Assembly (NCBI GenBank): GCA_963789955.1 | Contig: CAWBMV010000012.1 | Coordinates: 416,001 to 480,000 of the forward strand | Direction: 5' to 3' | From: an uncultured Candidatus Rokubacteria bacterium | GTDB taxonomy: Bacteria; Methylomirabilota; Methylomirabilia; Rokubacteriales; CSP1-6 | DNA: 64,000 bases | In this document: piece after piece, positions 39,062-50,037 of the stretch | How positions within the stretch are numbered: the first letter of the stretch is position 1 | Layout: each line of letters begins with the position of its first letter | The notes under the pieces: generated by a model | Seen by the model: only the letters and a program-made list of their open reading frames with translations | The model's database searches: none | Told to the model about the DNA's origin: nothing | Position numbers and translations under genes: made by a program

Positions 39062-40683
39062 TGGGCAAACAAGACATCGACATCGCACGCGCCGTGAAGC
39101 TCCAGCCGATCCAGGCGATCGGCGAGACGCTTGGACTGAACGGCGGTGACCTCGAGCCGTACGGAAGCTACAAGGCGAAGATCCGGTGGGACGTCATCGA
39201 TCGTGTCAGCGGCCGCCCCGACGGAGCCCTCGTCCTCGTGACGGCGATGACGCCGACCCCCGCGGGCGAAGGAAAGTCGACGACGACGATCGGGCTGGCC
39301 GACGGGCTCCGGCGCCTCGGCAAGCGCTCGGTCGTGGCGATCCGCGAGCCCTCGCTCGGCCCCGTGTTCGGCGTGAAGGGAGGCGGGACGGGCGGCGGCC
39401 ATACCCAGATCGCGCCGATGGAAGATATCAATCTGCACTTCACCGGCGACATGCACGCGGTCACGGCCGCGCACAACTTGCTGGCCGCGATGCTCGACAA
39501 TCATCTGGCGCAGGGCAACGCGCTCGGGCTCGACGTCCGGCGGATCCTCTGGAAGCGCGTCCTCGACATGAACGACCGCGCCCTCCGGCGCCTCGTCATC
39601 GGCCTGGGCGGATCGGCGCACGGGGTGCCGCGCGAGAGCGGGTTCGACATCACGGTGGCGTCCGAGGTCATGGCGATCTTCTGCCTGGCGCGCGATCTCC
39701 AGGACTTCAAGGCGCGGGTCGAGCGCATCATCGTGGCCGAGAAGGGTGAGGGCACGTTCGTGACCACGCGCGATCTCCGCGCGGCGGGCGCGATGGCGGT
39801 CCTCATGAAGGACGCGATCAAGCCGAATCTCGTCCAGACGCTCGAGGGCACGCCGGCGCTGGTCCACGGCGGACCGTTCGCGAACATCGCGCACGGCTGC
39901 AACAGCCTCATCGCGACGCGGCTCGGACTCAAGCTCGGCGAGATCCTCGTCACCGAGGCCGGCTTCGCGAGTGACCTCGGGGCCGAGAAGTTCATGGACA
40001 TCAAGTGCCGCACCGGCGGCTTCGTGCCCTCGACGGCGGTCATCGTGGTCACGACGCGTGCGCTGGCGATGCACGGTGAGGAGAATCTGGCCAAGCACGT
40101 CGAGAACATGCGGCTCTTCGGCCTGTCGCCGGTCGTCGCGCTGAACCGCTTCACCGACGACACCGACGCGGCGGTGAGCGCCGTGAAGGCCAGCTGCAAG
40201 ACGCTCGAGGTGCCGTGCGGCGAGTCGCGGGGCTGGGAGCTCGGCGGCGCCGGCGTCACCGACCTGGCCGGCATGGTGCTCGACGCGGTGCGCGGAAGCG
40301 AGCGCTCGCGCTTCCAGTACCTCTATCCCGACGAGCTCGGGCTCGCGGGCAAGCTCGAGACGCTTGCCAAGAAGGTCTACGGCGCCGACGGGGTAACGTT
40401 CGCGCCGGCGGCCGCGGCCAAGCTGAAGCGCTACGAGTCGCTCGGCTACGGGCGCCTGCCGGTCTGCGTGGCGAAGACGCAGAACTCGCTCAGCGACGAC
40501 CCCAAGCGTCCGGGGCGTCCCCGAGGCTTCACGATCACGGTTCGCGACGCGGCGCTCTCGGCCGGCGCCGGGTTCGTCGTGGCCTATGCGGGTGACATCC
40601 TGACGATGCCCGGGCTCCCAAAGGTGCCGGGCGCGGAAGGCGTCGATATCGACGCGAACGGCAACGTCGTCGGGCTGTTCTGA
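39061..40683 (+). CDS. fhs: Formate-tetrahydrofolate ligase
   Basis: TPTPAGEGKST, REPSLGP.FG.KGG, INLHFTGD, HGGPFANIAHG.NS, TEAGF..DLGAEKF, MPGLP. Confidence 0.95.
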   Translation: MGKQDIDIARAVKLQPIQAIGETLGLNGGDLEPYGSYKAKIRWDVIDRVSGRPDGALVLVTAMTPTPAGEGKSTTTIGLADGLRRLGKRSVVAIREPSLGPVFGVKGGGTGGGHTQIAPMEDINLHFTGDMHAVTAAHNLLAAMLDNHLAQGNALGLDVRRILWKRVLDMNDRALRRLVIGLGGSAHGVPRESGFDITVASEVMAIFCLARDLQDFKARVERIIVAEKGEGTFVTTRDLRAAGAMAVLMKDAIKPNLVQTLEGTPALVHGGPFANIAHGCNSLIATRLGLKLGEILVTEAGFASDLGAEKFMDIKCRTGGFVPSTAVIVVTTRALAMHGEENLAKHVENMRLFGLSPVVALNRFTDDTDAAVSAVKASCKTLEVPCGESRGWELGGAGVTDLAGMVLDAVRGSERSRFQYLYPDELGLAGKLETLAKKVYGADGVTFAPAAAAKLKRYESLGYGRLPVCVAKTQNSLSDDPKRPGRPRGFTITVRDAALSAGAGFVVAYAGDILTMPGLPKVPGAEGVDIDANGNVVGLF

Positions 40684-40727
40684 ACAGGTCGGGACCGCCG
40701 CGCAGGCATGCTAGTATCCGAAGCTAG

Positions 40728-41549
40728 ATGCGCGCGGTTCTGCTCGGTACGGGAAGTCCACCGCCCAACCCGAAGCGACGAGGCCCCGCGACGCTCCTCT
40801 CGCTCGGGGACGAGCGGTTTCTCGTCGACGCCGGCTCGGGCGTCGGTGCTCAGCTGGTCCAGGCCGGAGTACGGCCGTGGGATTGGCCTCCCGTGTTCAT
40901 CACGCATCACCACTCGGATCACACGATCGATCTGGGTCATCTACTCGTCACCCGATGGATCACCGGCCAGAACGCGCCGCTCGAGATCTGGGGGCCGGCC
41001 GGAACGCAACGCCAGGTCGACAAGCTCCTCGATTATCTGAGCTGGGACATCGAGGTCCGCCGGTCGCACATGCACGAGCGGCGGCCGCCGGACGTGCGCG
41101 TCACCGAGATCGAGGAGGGGAAGATCCTCGACACCGGCGCGGTGCGGGTGAGCGCGTTCCTCGTCGAGCACGATCCGGTGAGGCCGGCGTTCGGCTTCCG
41201 GTTCGAGGGCGGCGGCCGATCGATCGTGGTCTCGGGTGATACGCGCCCGTGCGAGAACCTCATGCGCTGGAGCCGCGGCGTCGATTGCCTCATCCACGAG
41301 TGCTGCGAGATGTCCAAGACCTCCTGGTATCCGGGCTGCGGCTGGGCGACCATCGAGGAGAAGATCCAGGATCTGGCCTCCTACCACACGCAACCCGCCG
41401 ACATCGGCCGCGTGGCGCGCGGCGCCGGCGCCAAGAAGCTCGTGATCACGCACTTGATGCCGGGATCGGTACCCGCCGAGCTCGCGGCGGCCGCGGGGCG
41501 AGACTTCGCCGGAGCGGTTGCGGTCGGCGAGGACCTGGCGGAGGTCTGA
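40728..41549 (+). CDS. MBL-fold hydrolase, RNase Z/AtsA-like
   Basis: LLGTG.P, VDAG, THHHSDH, SGDT, HE, YHT, TH. Confidence 0.85.
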   Translation: MRAVLLGTGSPPPNPKRRGPATLLSLGDERFLVDAGSGVGAQLVQAGVRPWDWPPVFITHHHSDHTIDLGHLLVTRWITGQNAPLEIWGPAGTQRQVDKLLDYLSWDIEVRRSHMHERRPPDVRVTEIEEGKILDTGAVRVSAFLVEHDPVRPAFGFRFEGGGRSIVVSGDTRPCENLMRWSRGVDCLIHECCEMSKTSWYPGCGWATIEEKIQDLASYHTQPADIGRVARGAGAKKLVITHLMPGSVPAELAAAAGRDFAGAVAVGEDLAEV

Positions 41550-41553
41550 GGTG

Positions 41554-41934
41554 GTGGACCGTGCGGCCGAGCGGCCGGTCGATCTCGCGGTGGCAATGCG
41601 CTGGCTCGGCGGCGATCACCGGCTCCTCTCCGAGCTCGTCGGGATCTTCGTCGACGACGGCCCCAAGCGCCTTCAGGCGATTCGTTCGGCCTTGACCGCG
41701 TCCGACGTCCGGCAGGTCGAGCACGTCGCGCACAGCCTGAAAGGCTCCGCGGCGATTCTCGGCGCCACGCGTTTGCAGACGGCCGCGCTGGCGCTCGAGG
41801 ATGCGGCGCACGACGGCCACACCGAAAACAGTCCCGACCTCGTGGCGGAGATCGAGCGCGAGCTCGATCTCGTCATGGCGTTTTTCGCGGATCCGACCTG
41901 GAAAGACCGGCTCGATCTCGAGGCGACGTCGTGA
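41554..41934 (+). CDS. Stand-alone Hpt protein
   Basis: AHSLKGSAA.LGA..L. Confidence 0.88.
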   Translation: MDRAAERPVDLAVAMRWLGGDHRLLSELVGIFVDDGPKRLQAIRSALTASDVRQVEHVAHSLKGSAAILGATRLQTAALALEDAAHDGHTENSPDLVAEIERELDLVMAFFADPTWKDRLDLEATS

Positions 41935-42572
41935 GAGTGCTGATCGTCGACGACGAGCCGATCGTCCGGCGCCTGCACGAAGCGTCGTTGACGGGCTGGG
42001 GCTACCAGGTCGTGTTGGCCTCGGGCGGCGAGCAAGCGTGGGAGATGTTCCAGGGCGAGGATCCGCCGGAGCTCGCGATCCTCGACTGGACGATGCCGGG
42101 CATGGACGGCCTCGAGCTCTGCACGAGGGTCCGCACCCTGGGCCGCGAGCCCAAGCCGTATCTCATCTTCGTCACCGCGAAGGCCCGGACTCAGGACATC
42201 GTGACCGGCCTCGGCGCCGGCGCCGACGACTACATCGTCAAGCCGTTCGAGCGGGAGGAGCTTCGCGCCCGCGTGCAGGTCGGCTTCCGCATGCTGGCGC
42301 TCCAGACCGCGCTCGCCGAGCGCGTACGCGAGCTCGAAGAGGCGCTGACACGGGTCAAGCAGCTGCAGGGACTCTTGCCGATCTGCTCGTACTGCAAGAA
42401 AGTCCGCGACGACCGTAACTACTGGCAGCAGGTCGAGACCTACATCGAGGGCCACTCCGACGCTCAGTTCACCCATGGGATCTGCCCGGAGTGCCGCGAG
42501 AAGTATGTCGAGCCCGAGCTCGAGCGGCTGCGGCGGATCCGGGACGCCGGCCAGACCGGGACGTCGCTGTGA
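41931..42572 (+). CDS. Response regulator with C-terminal Cys4 motif
   Basis: VDD, LDWTMPGMDG, GADDY..KP; PICSYCKK.RD and HGICPEC. Confidence 0.9.
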   Translation: MRVLIVDDEPIVRRLHEASLTGWGYQVVLASGGEQAWEMFQGEDPPELAILDWTMPGMDGLELCTRVRTLGREPKPYLIFVTAKARTQDIVTGLGAGADDYIVKPFEREELRARVQVGFRMLALQTALAERVRELEEALTRVKQLQGLLPICSYCKKVRDDRNYWQQVETYIEGHSDAQFTHGICPECREKYVEPELERLRRIRDAGQTGTSL

Positions 42573-43267
42573 TCACCCGCCGCGCGGCGGCCGATCGAGG
42601 CCACTTCGATTTCGGCTGGCTCGACACGTCGCACACGTTTTCGTTCGGCGAGTACTACGATCACCGCCACATGGGGTTCCGCACGTTGCGCGTGATCAAC
42701 GAGGACCGCGTACAGCCCGACCGCGGCTTTCCGACCCACGGCCACCGCGACATGGAGATCATCAGCTACGTGCTCGAGGGAGCGCTGCAGCATCGGGACA
42801 GCCTGGGCACCGGCTCCGTGATCCGGCCCGGCGAAGTGCAGCGCATGAGCGCCGGGACCGGCGTCACCCACAGCGAGTTCAATCCGTCCCAGAGCGAGCT
42901 GGTCCACTTCCTCCAGATCTGGATCGTGCCCGACCGCCGTGGCCACGAGCCAAGCTACGAGCAGAAGACCATCGCCGACCCGGACAAGCGCGGCGTCCTG
43001 CGCCTGATCGCCGGTCCTCGCGGCGGCGGCTCCGCCGTCACGATCCACCAGGACGTGCGGCTCTACTCGGTGCGGCTCGAGCGCGAGCAGGAAGTGGTGC
43101 ACGAGCTGAATCCCGAGCGTCACGCGTGGGTGCAGATCGCGCGCGGCGCGATCACCTTGAACGGCCAGCCCCTGTGGCAGGGTGACGGCGCGGCGATCAG
43201 CGCGGAGCCGGCACTGCGACTGATCGGCCTCGAGCCGGCGGAAGTCCTGGTCTTCGACCTGGGCTAA
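42569..43267 (+). CDS. Pirin family protein (YhhW-like)
   Basis: HTFSF..YY, LRVINED, HGH.DMEI, H.DS, MSAGTG..HSE, LQIWI. Confidence 0.92.
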   Translation: MITRRAAADRGHFDFGWLDTSHTFSFGEYYDHRHMGFRTLRVINEDRVQPDRGFPTHGHRDMEIISYVLEGALQHRDSLGTGSVIRPGEVQRMSAGTGVTHSEFNPSQSELVHFLQIWIVPDRRGHEPSYEQKTIADPDKRGVLRLIAGPRGGGSAVTIHQDVRLYSVRLEREQEVVHELNPERHAWVQIARGAITLNGQPLWQGDGAAISAEPALRLIGLEPAEVLVFDLG

Positions 43268-43276
43268 CGCCGCGCG

Positions 43277-44005
43277 TCAGCGCGGGGTCAGGATCGTCTG
43301 CGGGGAAGGCGGGCTCGGCCGCAAGAAGGTCCGCGCGCGCTCCCGGCCGGCGCCGAGGGCGTGCCGGGCCACGATGCTCGCACAGCGGGCAAGGCTCAGC
43401 GGGCGGCTGACGACGCTGACGTGCCCTGCCTTGATGCCCGCGACCACCGATTCCACCGTCGCCGACGCGTCGATCAGCGAGAAGGTCGTCCCGAACTGCT
43501 CGTCCAGGTGACTGTCGGACGTCCCGATCAGGGGCAGCCCCACCGCTCGAGCCAGCTTGACGGCCGCTCGATTGAAGTCGATGCGCGGCGTGTAGAAGTG
43601 GCTGAATTCGATGGCGTCGAACAGCTCGATTTCCTGCCAGAGCTTTTCGCGCAGGCAGTAGGCCGCCGGGAAGAAGGGATGCGGCGCGACCACCAGCCAT
43701 TCGGGCGTCCGGTAGCGTTTGAGGGCAGCGAAGGTGGTGATCTTGTCGACGTCGACGTCCGCGTTGTAGACCAGCACGTGCCGGCCCTCGACGGTGACCT
43801 CGACACCCGGAATCAGGACGATGCCGTGGTCGCGAGCGAACGCGGAGAGCTCGGCGTTGAAGGTCTGGGTGTCGTGGTTGCTGATGCTGAGGACCTGGTA
43901 GCCCTCTCGGGCGGCGCGGGTGATCACTTCGCGGGCGTCGTACGTGATGAAGGGCTCCGCCTCCCGCGTGTGGATGTGGAGGTCGGCCCGGAGCCCCACG
44001 TTCAT
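43277..44005 (-). CDS. PHP-domain metallophosphoesterase
   Basis: DLHIHT, SNHD, G.E, H, PHP, SDSH. Confidence 0.88.
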   Translation of the reverse strand: MNVGLRADLHIHTREAEPFITYDAREVITRAAREGYQVLSISNHDTQTFNAELSAFARDHGIVLIPGVEVTVEGRHVLVYNADVDVDKITTFAALKRYRTPEWLVVAPHPFFPAAYCLREKLWQEIELFDAIEFSHFYTPRIDFNRAAVKLARAVGLPLIGTSDSHLDEQFGTTFSLIDASATVESVVAGIKAGHVSVVSRPLSLARCASIVARHALGAGRERARTFLRPSPPSPQTILTPR

Positions 44006-44146
44006 GTCAGGCTTTTATCGCAGCAAGGCGGGGACCAAGTCCGGACCACGCGCAAGTCAGCGTCGTTCCTGCAGTCGAGTTTTCGGACTGCGCACTCGCG
44101 AGTAAGTACGGCGCGAACTTTCTTCCACATCGGTGGTTTGTAGCTG

Positions 44147-44163
44147 ACCGGCAAATTGCCGGT
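44147..44163. promoter_or_regulatory. Palindrome ACCGGCAA-A-TTGCCGGT, candidate UAS
   Basis: Perfect 8-bp arms; extra half-site TTGCCGGT at 44187-44194; about 110 bp upstream of a sigma54 box. Confidence 0.55.
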
Positions 44164-44269
44164 GGTTCGACCAGCTGTCAAAGAACTTGCCGGTTTGTCT
44201 GGGCGTCGAGAACACGATGGGCCTTGTGGATCGTCAGTAATATTAGGAGTTTCCGGATACGGCAGGTGG

Positions 44270-44285
44270 TGGCAACTCGATTGCT
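44270..44285 (+). promoter_or_regulatory. sigma54 promoter for the patatin gene
   Basis: TGGCAACTCGATTGCT with canonical spacing, 27 nt upstream of ATG 44313. Confidence 0.75.
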
Positions 44286-44312
44286 GACAAGGTTGTTACA
44301 ATTGAGGCGAAC

Positions 44313-45368
44313 ATGAACATCTTCAGGCGCGTAGTCGGGCGCTGGCGGTCGCGACGGCCTCGCTACGCACTGGCCCTGGCGGGTGGAGGCGTCATCGGGG
44401 GCATGTACGAGGTCGGCGTCATCGCCGCGATCGAAGAGCGGCTCAACAGCGCCGGCGATTTCGATATCTACGTCGGCTGTAGCGCGGGCTCGGTCGTGGC
44501 CAGCCTCCTCGCCAACGGCGTCCGGGCCTCGGAGATTTACCGGATCATCGACCAGGATCTCGAGCACCCGCTGAACTTCAGGCGCGGCGCCGTGTACGCC
44601 TCGAACTCGTTCCGCCACGCCGCGGGTCGGTTCGGCCGGCTCGTCTGGGCCGTCAGCAAGAACGCGATGACCGCCGTGCGCGGCTCCGTCCCCGATATGC
44701 TCGCGGCCGCGGAGCGCGATCTCCCCGCCGGGTTCTTCTCGCTGGTGGCGCTCGAGCGGTACATGCGCGAGACGTTCGCCACGGTCGGGCTCCAGAACAG
44801 CTTCACGGCGCTGGAGCGCGTGCTGCTGATCCCGGCGATCGACCTCGATCGGGCCCAGCGCGTGGTGTTCGGCCGCGACGGGCTTCGCGACGTCGCGATC
44901 AGCGAGGCGGTGGCGGCGTCCTCGGCGATTCCCGGATTCTTCGAGCCCTACACCTTGCAGGGCCGAGACTACGTCGACGGGGGAGTCGGCTTCAGCGGCC
45001 ACGCGGATCTGGCCGCCGACGCGGGGGCCGACGTCGTGATCGTGGTCAACCCGCTCGTGCCCAATCCCGACGGCGGGGTCGTGCCGCTGCGCAGCCGCGG
45101 GCTCTACACGATCATGGAGCAGGCCGGGCGCATCTACAGCCAGAACCTGCTCCAGCTGGGTCTTTCGACGCTCCGGATCAAGCATCCGCATACGGAGTTC
45201 CATCTGATCCAGCCGACGCGAGACGAGACGCCGCTCTTCGGTCCGTCCATGGGATTCGAGGCCAGCCGCGCGGCGCTGCGCTACGGCTACGAATCGACGA
45301 AGGAATGGCTGACCGAGCAGGGACTGCCGCTTCTACGCCGACTTCAGGCCGCGCCACAGCCCGTGTAG
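44313..45368 (+). CDS. Patatin-like phospholipase/esterase
   Basis: GGGVIG, GCSAG (GxSxG), ASSAIP, DGG. Confidence 0.9.
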   Translation: MNIFRRVVGRWRSRRPRYALALAGGGVIGGMYEVGVIAAIEERLNSAGDFDIYVGCSAGSVVASLLANGVRASEIYRIIDQDLEHPLNFRRGAVYASNSFRHAAGRFGRLVWAVSKNAMTAVRGSVPDMLAAAERDLPAGFFSLVALERYMRETFATVGLQNSFTALERVLLIPAIDLDRAQRVVFGRDGLRDVAISEAVAASSAIPGFFEPYTLQGRDYVDGGVGFSGHADLAADAGADVVIVVNPLVPNPDGGVVPLRSRGLYTIMEQAGRIYSQNLLQLGLSTLRIKHPHTEFHLIQPTRDETPLFGPSMGFEASRAALRYGYESTKEWLTEQGLPLLRRLQAAPQPV

Positions 45369-45380
45369 CTCGCCGAGCGT

Positions 45381-46589
<1,209 letters not shown>

Positions 46590-46596
46590 CGTGGTG

Positions 46597-47790
46597 CTAC
46601 TCGACGATGCCCTTCCGTCTGAGCTCTGTGATCTCGGCGACCGACATGCCCAGGTCCTTCAGCACGTCCTCGGTGTGCTCGTTGGGCATCGGCGCCGCGC
46701 TCCGGATCGTGCCGGGCGTGTCCGACATCTTGATGGCCACCCCGATCTGCCGCACCGGCCCCTGAGTCGGGTGCTCGACGTCGACGATCATGTGCCGGTG
46801 GTTGATCTGCGGGTCGGCGACCATCTCGGGGATGTCGTAGACCTTCCCGACACAGACGTCGGCCTTCACCAGGAGCTCGTACCACTCGTCGCGGTCACGC
46901 GTCTTGATCAGCGCCTCGATCTCTTCCCGGGCGGCCTCTTCTTCGGCATTGGCGGCGCGTACGAGCTGGTCGGCGGTGCGGGCGAAGCGCTTGAAGTCGG
47001 GCCGCCCGATCGCCTTGCAGAAGTTCTCCCAGAGCCACGGCTCCGTGCAGCCGATCGTGAGGAGCTTGTCGTCCCGCGTCGTGTAGATCGCGTAGTACGG
47101 ATACGACCCACCGAGGAAGCCCTCGCCGCGGCGCGGCGCCAGGCCGTCGCTGAAGAAGAAGCGCATGTTCGGCGTGGCCGCCAGCAAGGACACCGTCGTG
47201 TCGAGATAGGAGACGTCGACGTGCTGGCCGCGCCCGGTCCGCTCCCGGGCGAAGAGCGCCAGCACGATGCCGAGCGCGCCGTGCAGGCTGGCGCCCGCGT
47301 AGTCGGCGACCAGGTTGAGCGGGATGACGGGCTTTCGATCTTTCTCGCCGATGAGGTTCAGCACGCCGGCGAGCGAGAGGTAGTTCATGTCGTGCGCCGG
47401 GCGGTCCCGGTACGGGCCGTCCTGGCCGAAGCCGGAGAGCGAGCAGTAGATGAGCCGGGGATTGAGCGCGCTCAAGGTCTCGTAGTCAGCGCCCAGGCGC
47501 TTCATCACTCCCGGACGGAAGCCCTCGACGATCACGTCGGCCGTCGCGGCGAGCTTGCGGAAGACCGTCTGACCCTCGGGGGACTTCATGTTCAGGGTCA
47601 TCGAGCGCTTGTTGCGATTGACGAAGGTGTGGATCGTACGGCGGACCCACTCGTCACTGGTGTCGCGGCCGGGCTCGGGCGTTTCGATCTTGAGCACCTC
47701 GGCGCCCATGTCGGCCAGCATCATCGCGGGCAGCTCGGCCGGCGCGACGCGCGCCAGCTCGAGAATCCTGATTCCGTCGAGTACGCCCAT
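46597..47790 (-). CDS. CaiB/BaiF CoA-transferase (AMACR-like)
   Basis: NRNKRS, EGFRPGV, SGFGQDGPY, HDMNY; SD AGGAG. Confidence 0.92.
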   Translation of the reverse strand: MGVLDGIRILELARVAPAELPAMMLADMGAEVLKIETPEPGRDTSDEWVRRTIHTFVNRNKRSMTLNMKSPEGQTVFRKLAATADVIVEGFRPGVMKRLGADYETLSALNPRLIYCSLSGFGQDGPYRDRPAHDMNYLSLAGVLNLIGEKDRKPVIPLNLVADYAGASLHGALGIVLALFARERTGRGQHVDVSYLDTTVSLLAATPNMRFFFSDGLAPRRGEGFLGGSYPYYAIYTTRDDKLLTIGCTEPWLWENFCKAIGRPDFKRFARTADQLVRAANAEEEAAREEIEALIKTRDRDEWYELLVKADVCVGKVYDIPEMVADPQINHRHMIVDVEHPTQGPVRQIGVAIKMSDTPGTIRSAAPMPNEHTEDVLKDLGMSVAEITELRRKGIVE

Positions 47791-47813
47791 TCGGCGTCTC
47801 CTATTTGTAGGCG

Positions 47814-47864
47814 CGCCTCGCCCGGCGGGGCCCCAGCCCCGCGACGGCCTGCGGCGCGCACAGC
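47814..47864. repeat. Intergenic 51-bp palindromic repeat, copy A
   Basis: 45/51 identical to 51922-51972; hairpin gcggggc-ccca-gccccgc. Confidence 0.85.
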
Positions 47865-47870
47865 TTTGCT

Positions 47871-49236
47871 CTAGTCGAGCTGTCCCTCGAGGCGTGAGGT
47901 CAGCGCGCGGATGTCCGGGATGTCCTCGAGGTGGCCGATCTGCTCGGCGACGCCGTCGGCCTCGTCGGGCGAGAGGACGGTCCGCGCGCAGGCCAGGAAC
48001 TTCTCGCGCAGCGCCGCATCGGACAGCGGCATATCCGGGTGCCCCCGCGCGCCGCGCGCCTGGGTCGACAACGTGCGCCCGTCGCGAAGCGTGAGCGTCA
48101 CGCGACTCCACGCGTGCTGCTCGGCGCCCTGCGGGAGCCCCGGGTCGACGACCATCGCGACGCGCTCCATCAGCTCGCGCGTGTCGCGGCTGGCGACCTC
48201 GCCGTCCGTGAACGAGCCGAAGTCGACGCGGCCCTCGGCCAGCGCGGCCGCGGCGCAGTACTGCATCGAGAACTTGCGCTCGAGCGCGGTGGTCGGCCGC
48301 GCGTGCGCCAGCACGTCCGGGACGACACTCGTCACACCGACCTGGACGGCGGCGACGTCACGAGGGCTCAGCCGGTGCTCCGCGCGCAGATCGATGAGCG
48401 CGTCGATGGCCGAGTGGGTGAGCGCGCACGACGGATAGGGCTTGACCGCGATCCCGGAGCCGAGGAGATGCCAGGTGCGCCCGAGTGTCTCGAGGGCGTG
48501 ATCGAGGCCGCGAGCGCCGCCGAAGGCCGCGGCGTAGCCCTGACGGCCCTCGAGCGCGGTCTCGGACGCGGTCATGCCCTCGCGCGCGAGCTGGGCCGCC
48601 AGGATCCCGTTCCGCGCGGCGTGGCCGGCGTGGTACGGCTTCGTCATCGAGCCGAAGTTCTCCTTGAGCCCGGAGGCGTGAGACGCGGCGATGGCGAGCG
48701 CGTGGCGCGTTTGCACGACGTCGAGCCCCATGATGCGGGCGGCCGCGGCCGCGCAGCCGAGCGTGCCGATCGACGAGGTCGCGTGCCAGCCCCGCGTATA
48801 GTGGTCCGGGTTCAGCGCGGTGCCGAGCGCGACGTCGATCTCGAAGCCGATGATGTACGCGAGAACGAGCGCGCGTCCCGAGGCCGGTCTCGGCTTCCGT
48901 CGCGGCGAGAGCCGTCGACAGCAGCGGCACGCTGGGATGGCCGAGCAGCGCGAAGTTGGTGTCGTCGAAGTCGTGCGCGTGGCCGGCGGCGCCGTTCGCG
49001 AGGGCGGCCCAGCCCGGCGCCGTCTTGAGTGTCGTCCCGACGACGGTCGCGAGCGGCGTGCCGCCCTCGGCGCGGACGACTTTCCGGACGATCCCGGCGA
49101 CGGGCTCTGTGGCTCCGGCCAGCATGACGCCCAGGGTGTCGAGTGCGGCGCGGCGCACTCGGACGACGGCCTCGGGAGGGCATTCCTCGAGCGAGGTCTT
49201 GACGACGAACTCGGCGAGACGGGCCGCGGCGCTCAT
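47871..49236 (-). CDS. MmgE/PrpD family protein (frameshift near 48885)
   Basis: LDTLG, NG...H..DFDD, HP, GWH.T, NFG.MTKP.H.G, KPYPSC..TH, KFS. Confidence 0.88.
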
Positions 49237-49274
49237 GGACGGCACGATATCATGACAGCGGGGAGGAGGTCTTC

Positions 49275-50006
49275 GTGAAGGTCCGCTTCCTCGGCTCGGG
49301 CGATGCGTTCGGCAGCGGCGGCCGATTTCAGACCTGCATCCACGTCGAATCGGGCGCGAGCCAGCTCCTGCTCGACTGCGGCGCGTCGTCGCTGATCGCG
49401 ATGCGCCGCTTCGGCGTCGATCCGCAGGCGATCGATACGGTGATCCTCTCCCACCTGCACGGCGACCACTTCGGCGGCGTCCCGTTTCTGATCCTCGACG
49501 GTCAGTTCAAGCGCCGGACACGACCGCTCCTGGTGGCCGGTCCGCCCGGCGTCGAGAAGAGAGTGCGAGACGCCATGGAGGTATTCTTCCCCGGCTCGAC
49601 CCGAATCGAGCGGAAGTTCGAGACGCGCTTCGTCGAGCTGGCCGATCGCGTGGCCGTCGAGGTCGGGCCGGTTCACGTCACGGGCTACGAGGTGTCCCAC
49701 GCGAGCGGCGCGCCGCCCTTTGCGCTGCGGATCACCGGGGAGGGCAAGATCGTCACCTACTCGGGCGACACGGAATGGACGGAGAGCCTGGTCGACGCCG
49801 CGCGGGGCGCCGATCTCTTCATCGCCGAAGCGCTCTCCTACGACAAGCGCATCAGATATCACCTCGACCTGGCGACCCTGCTGGAGCATCGCTCGCGGCT
49901 CGATTGCCGCCGGCTGATTCTGACCCACATGGGCGAGGACGTGCTGGCGCGGCTCGACGGTCTCGCCGTCGAGGCGGCCGAGGACGGCAAGCAGCTGCTC
50001 GTCTGA
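49275..50006 (+). CDS. MBL-fold metallohydrolase
   Basis: LGSGDAFGSGGR, DCG, SHLHGDH, SGDT, THM; SD GGAGGAGG. Confidence 0.9.
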   Translation: MKVRFLGSGDAFGSGGRFQTCIHVESGASQLLLDCGASSLIAMRRFGVDPQAIDTVILSHLHGDHFGGVPFLILDGQFKRRTRPLLVAGPPGVEKRVRDAMEVFFPGSTRIERKFETRFVELADRVAVEVGPVHVTGYEVSHASGAPPFALRITGEGKIVTYSGDTEWTESLVDAARGADLFIAEALSYDKRIRYHLDLATLLEHRSRLDCRRLILTHMGEDVLARLDGLAVEAAEDGKQLLV

Positions 50007-50037
50007 TCCGCCCGGGCAATGCCATAATCGTCGCCGG

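Noticed and set aside
36568..40683. 1371-aa CoxL-Fhs fusion in the ORF track
   Set aside because: An indel near 38580 moves the true CoxL C-terminus to ORF 38453-39061, which stops at a TAATG overlap with the fhs ATG.
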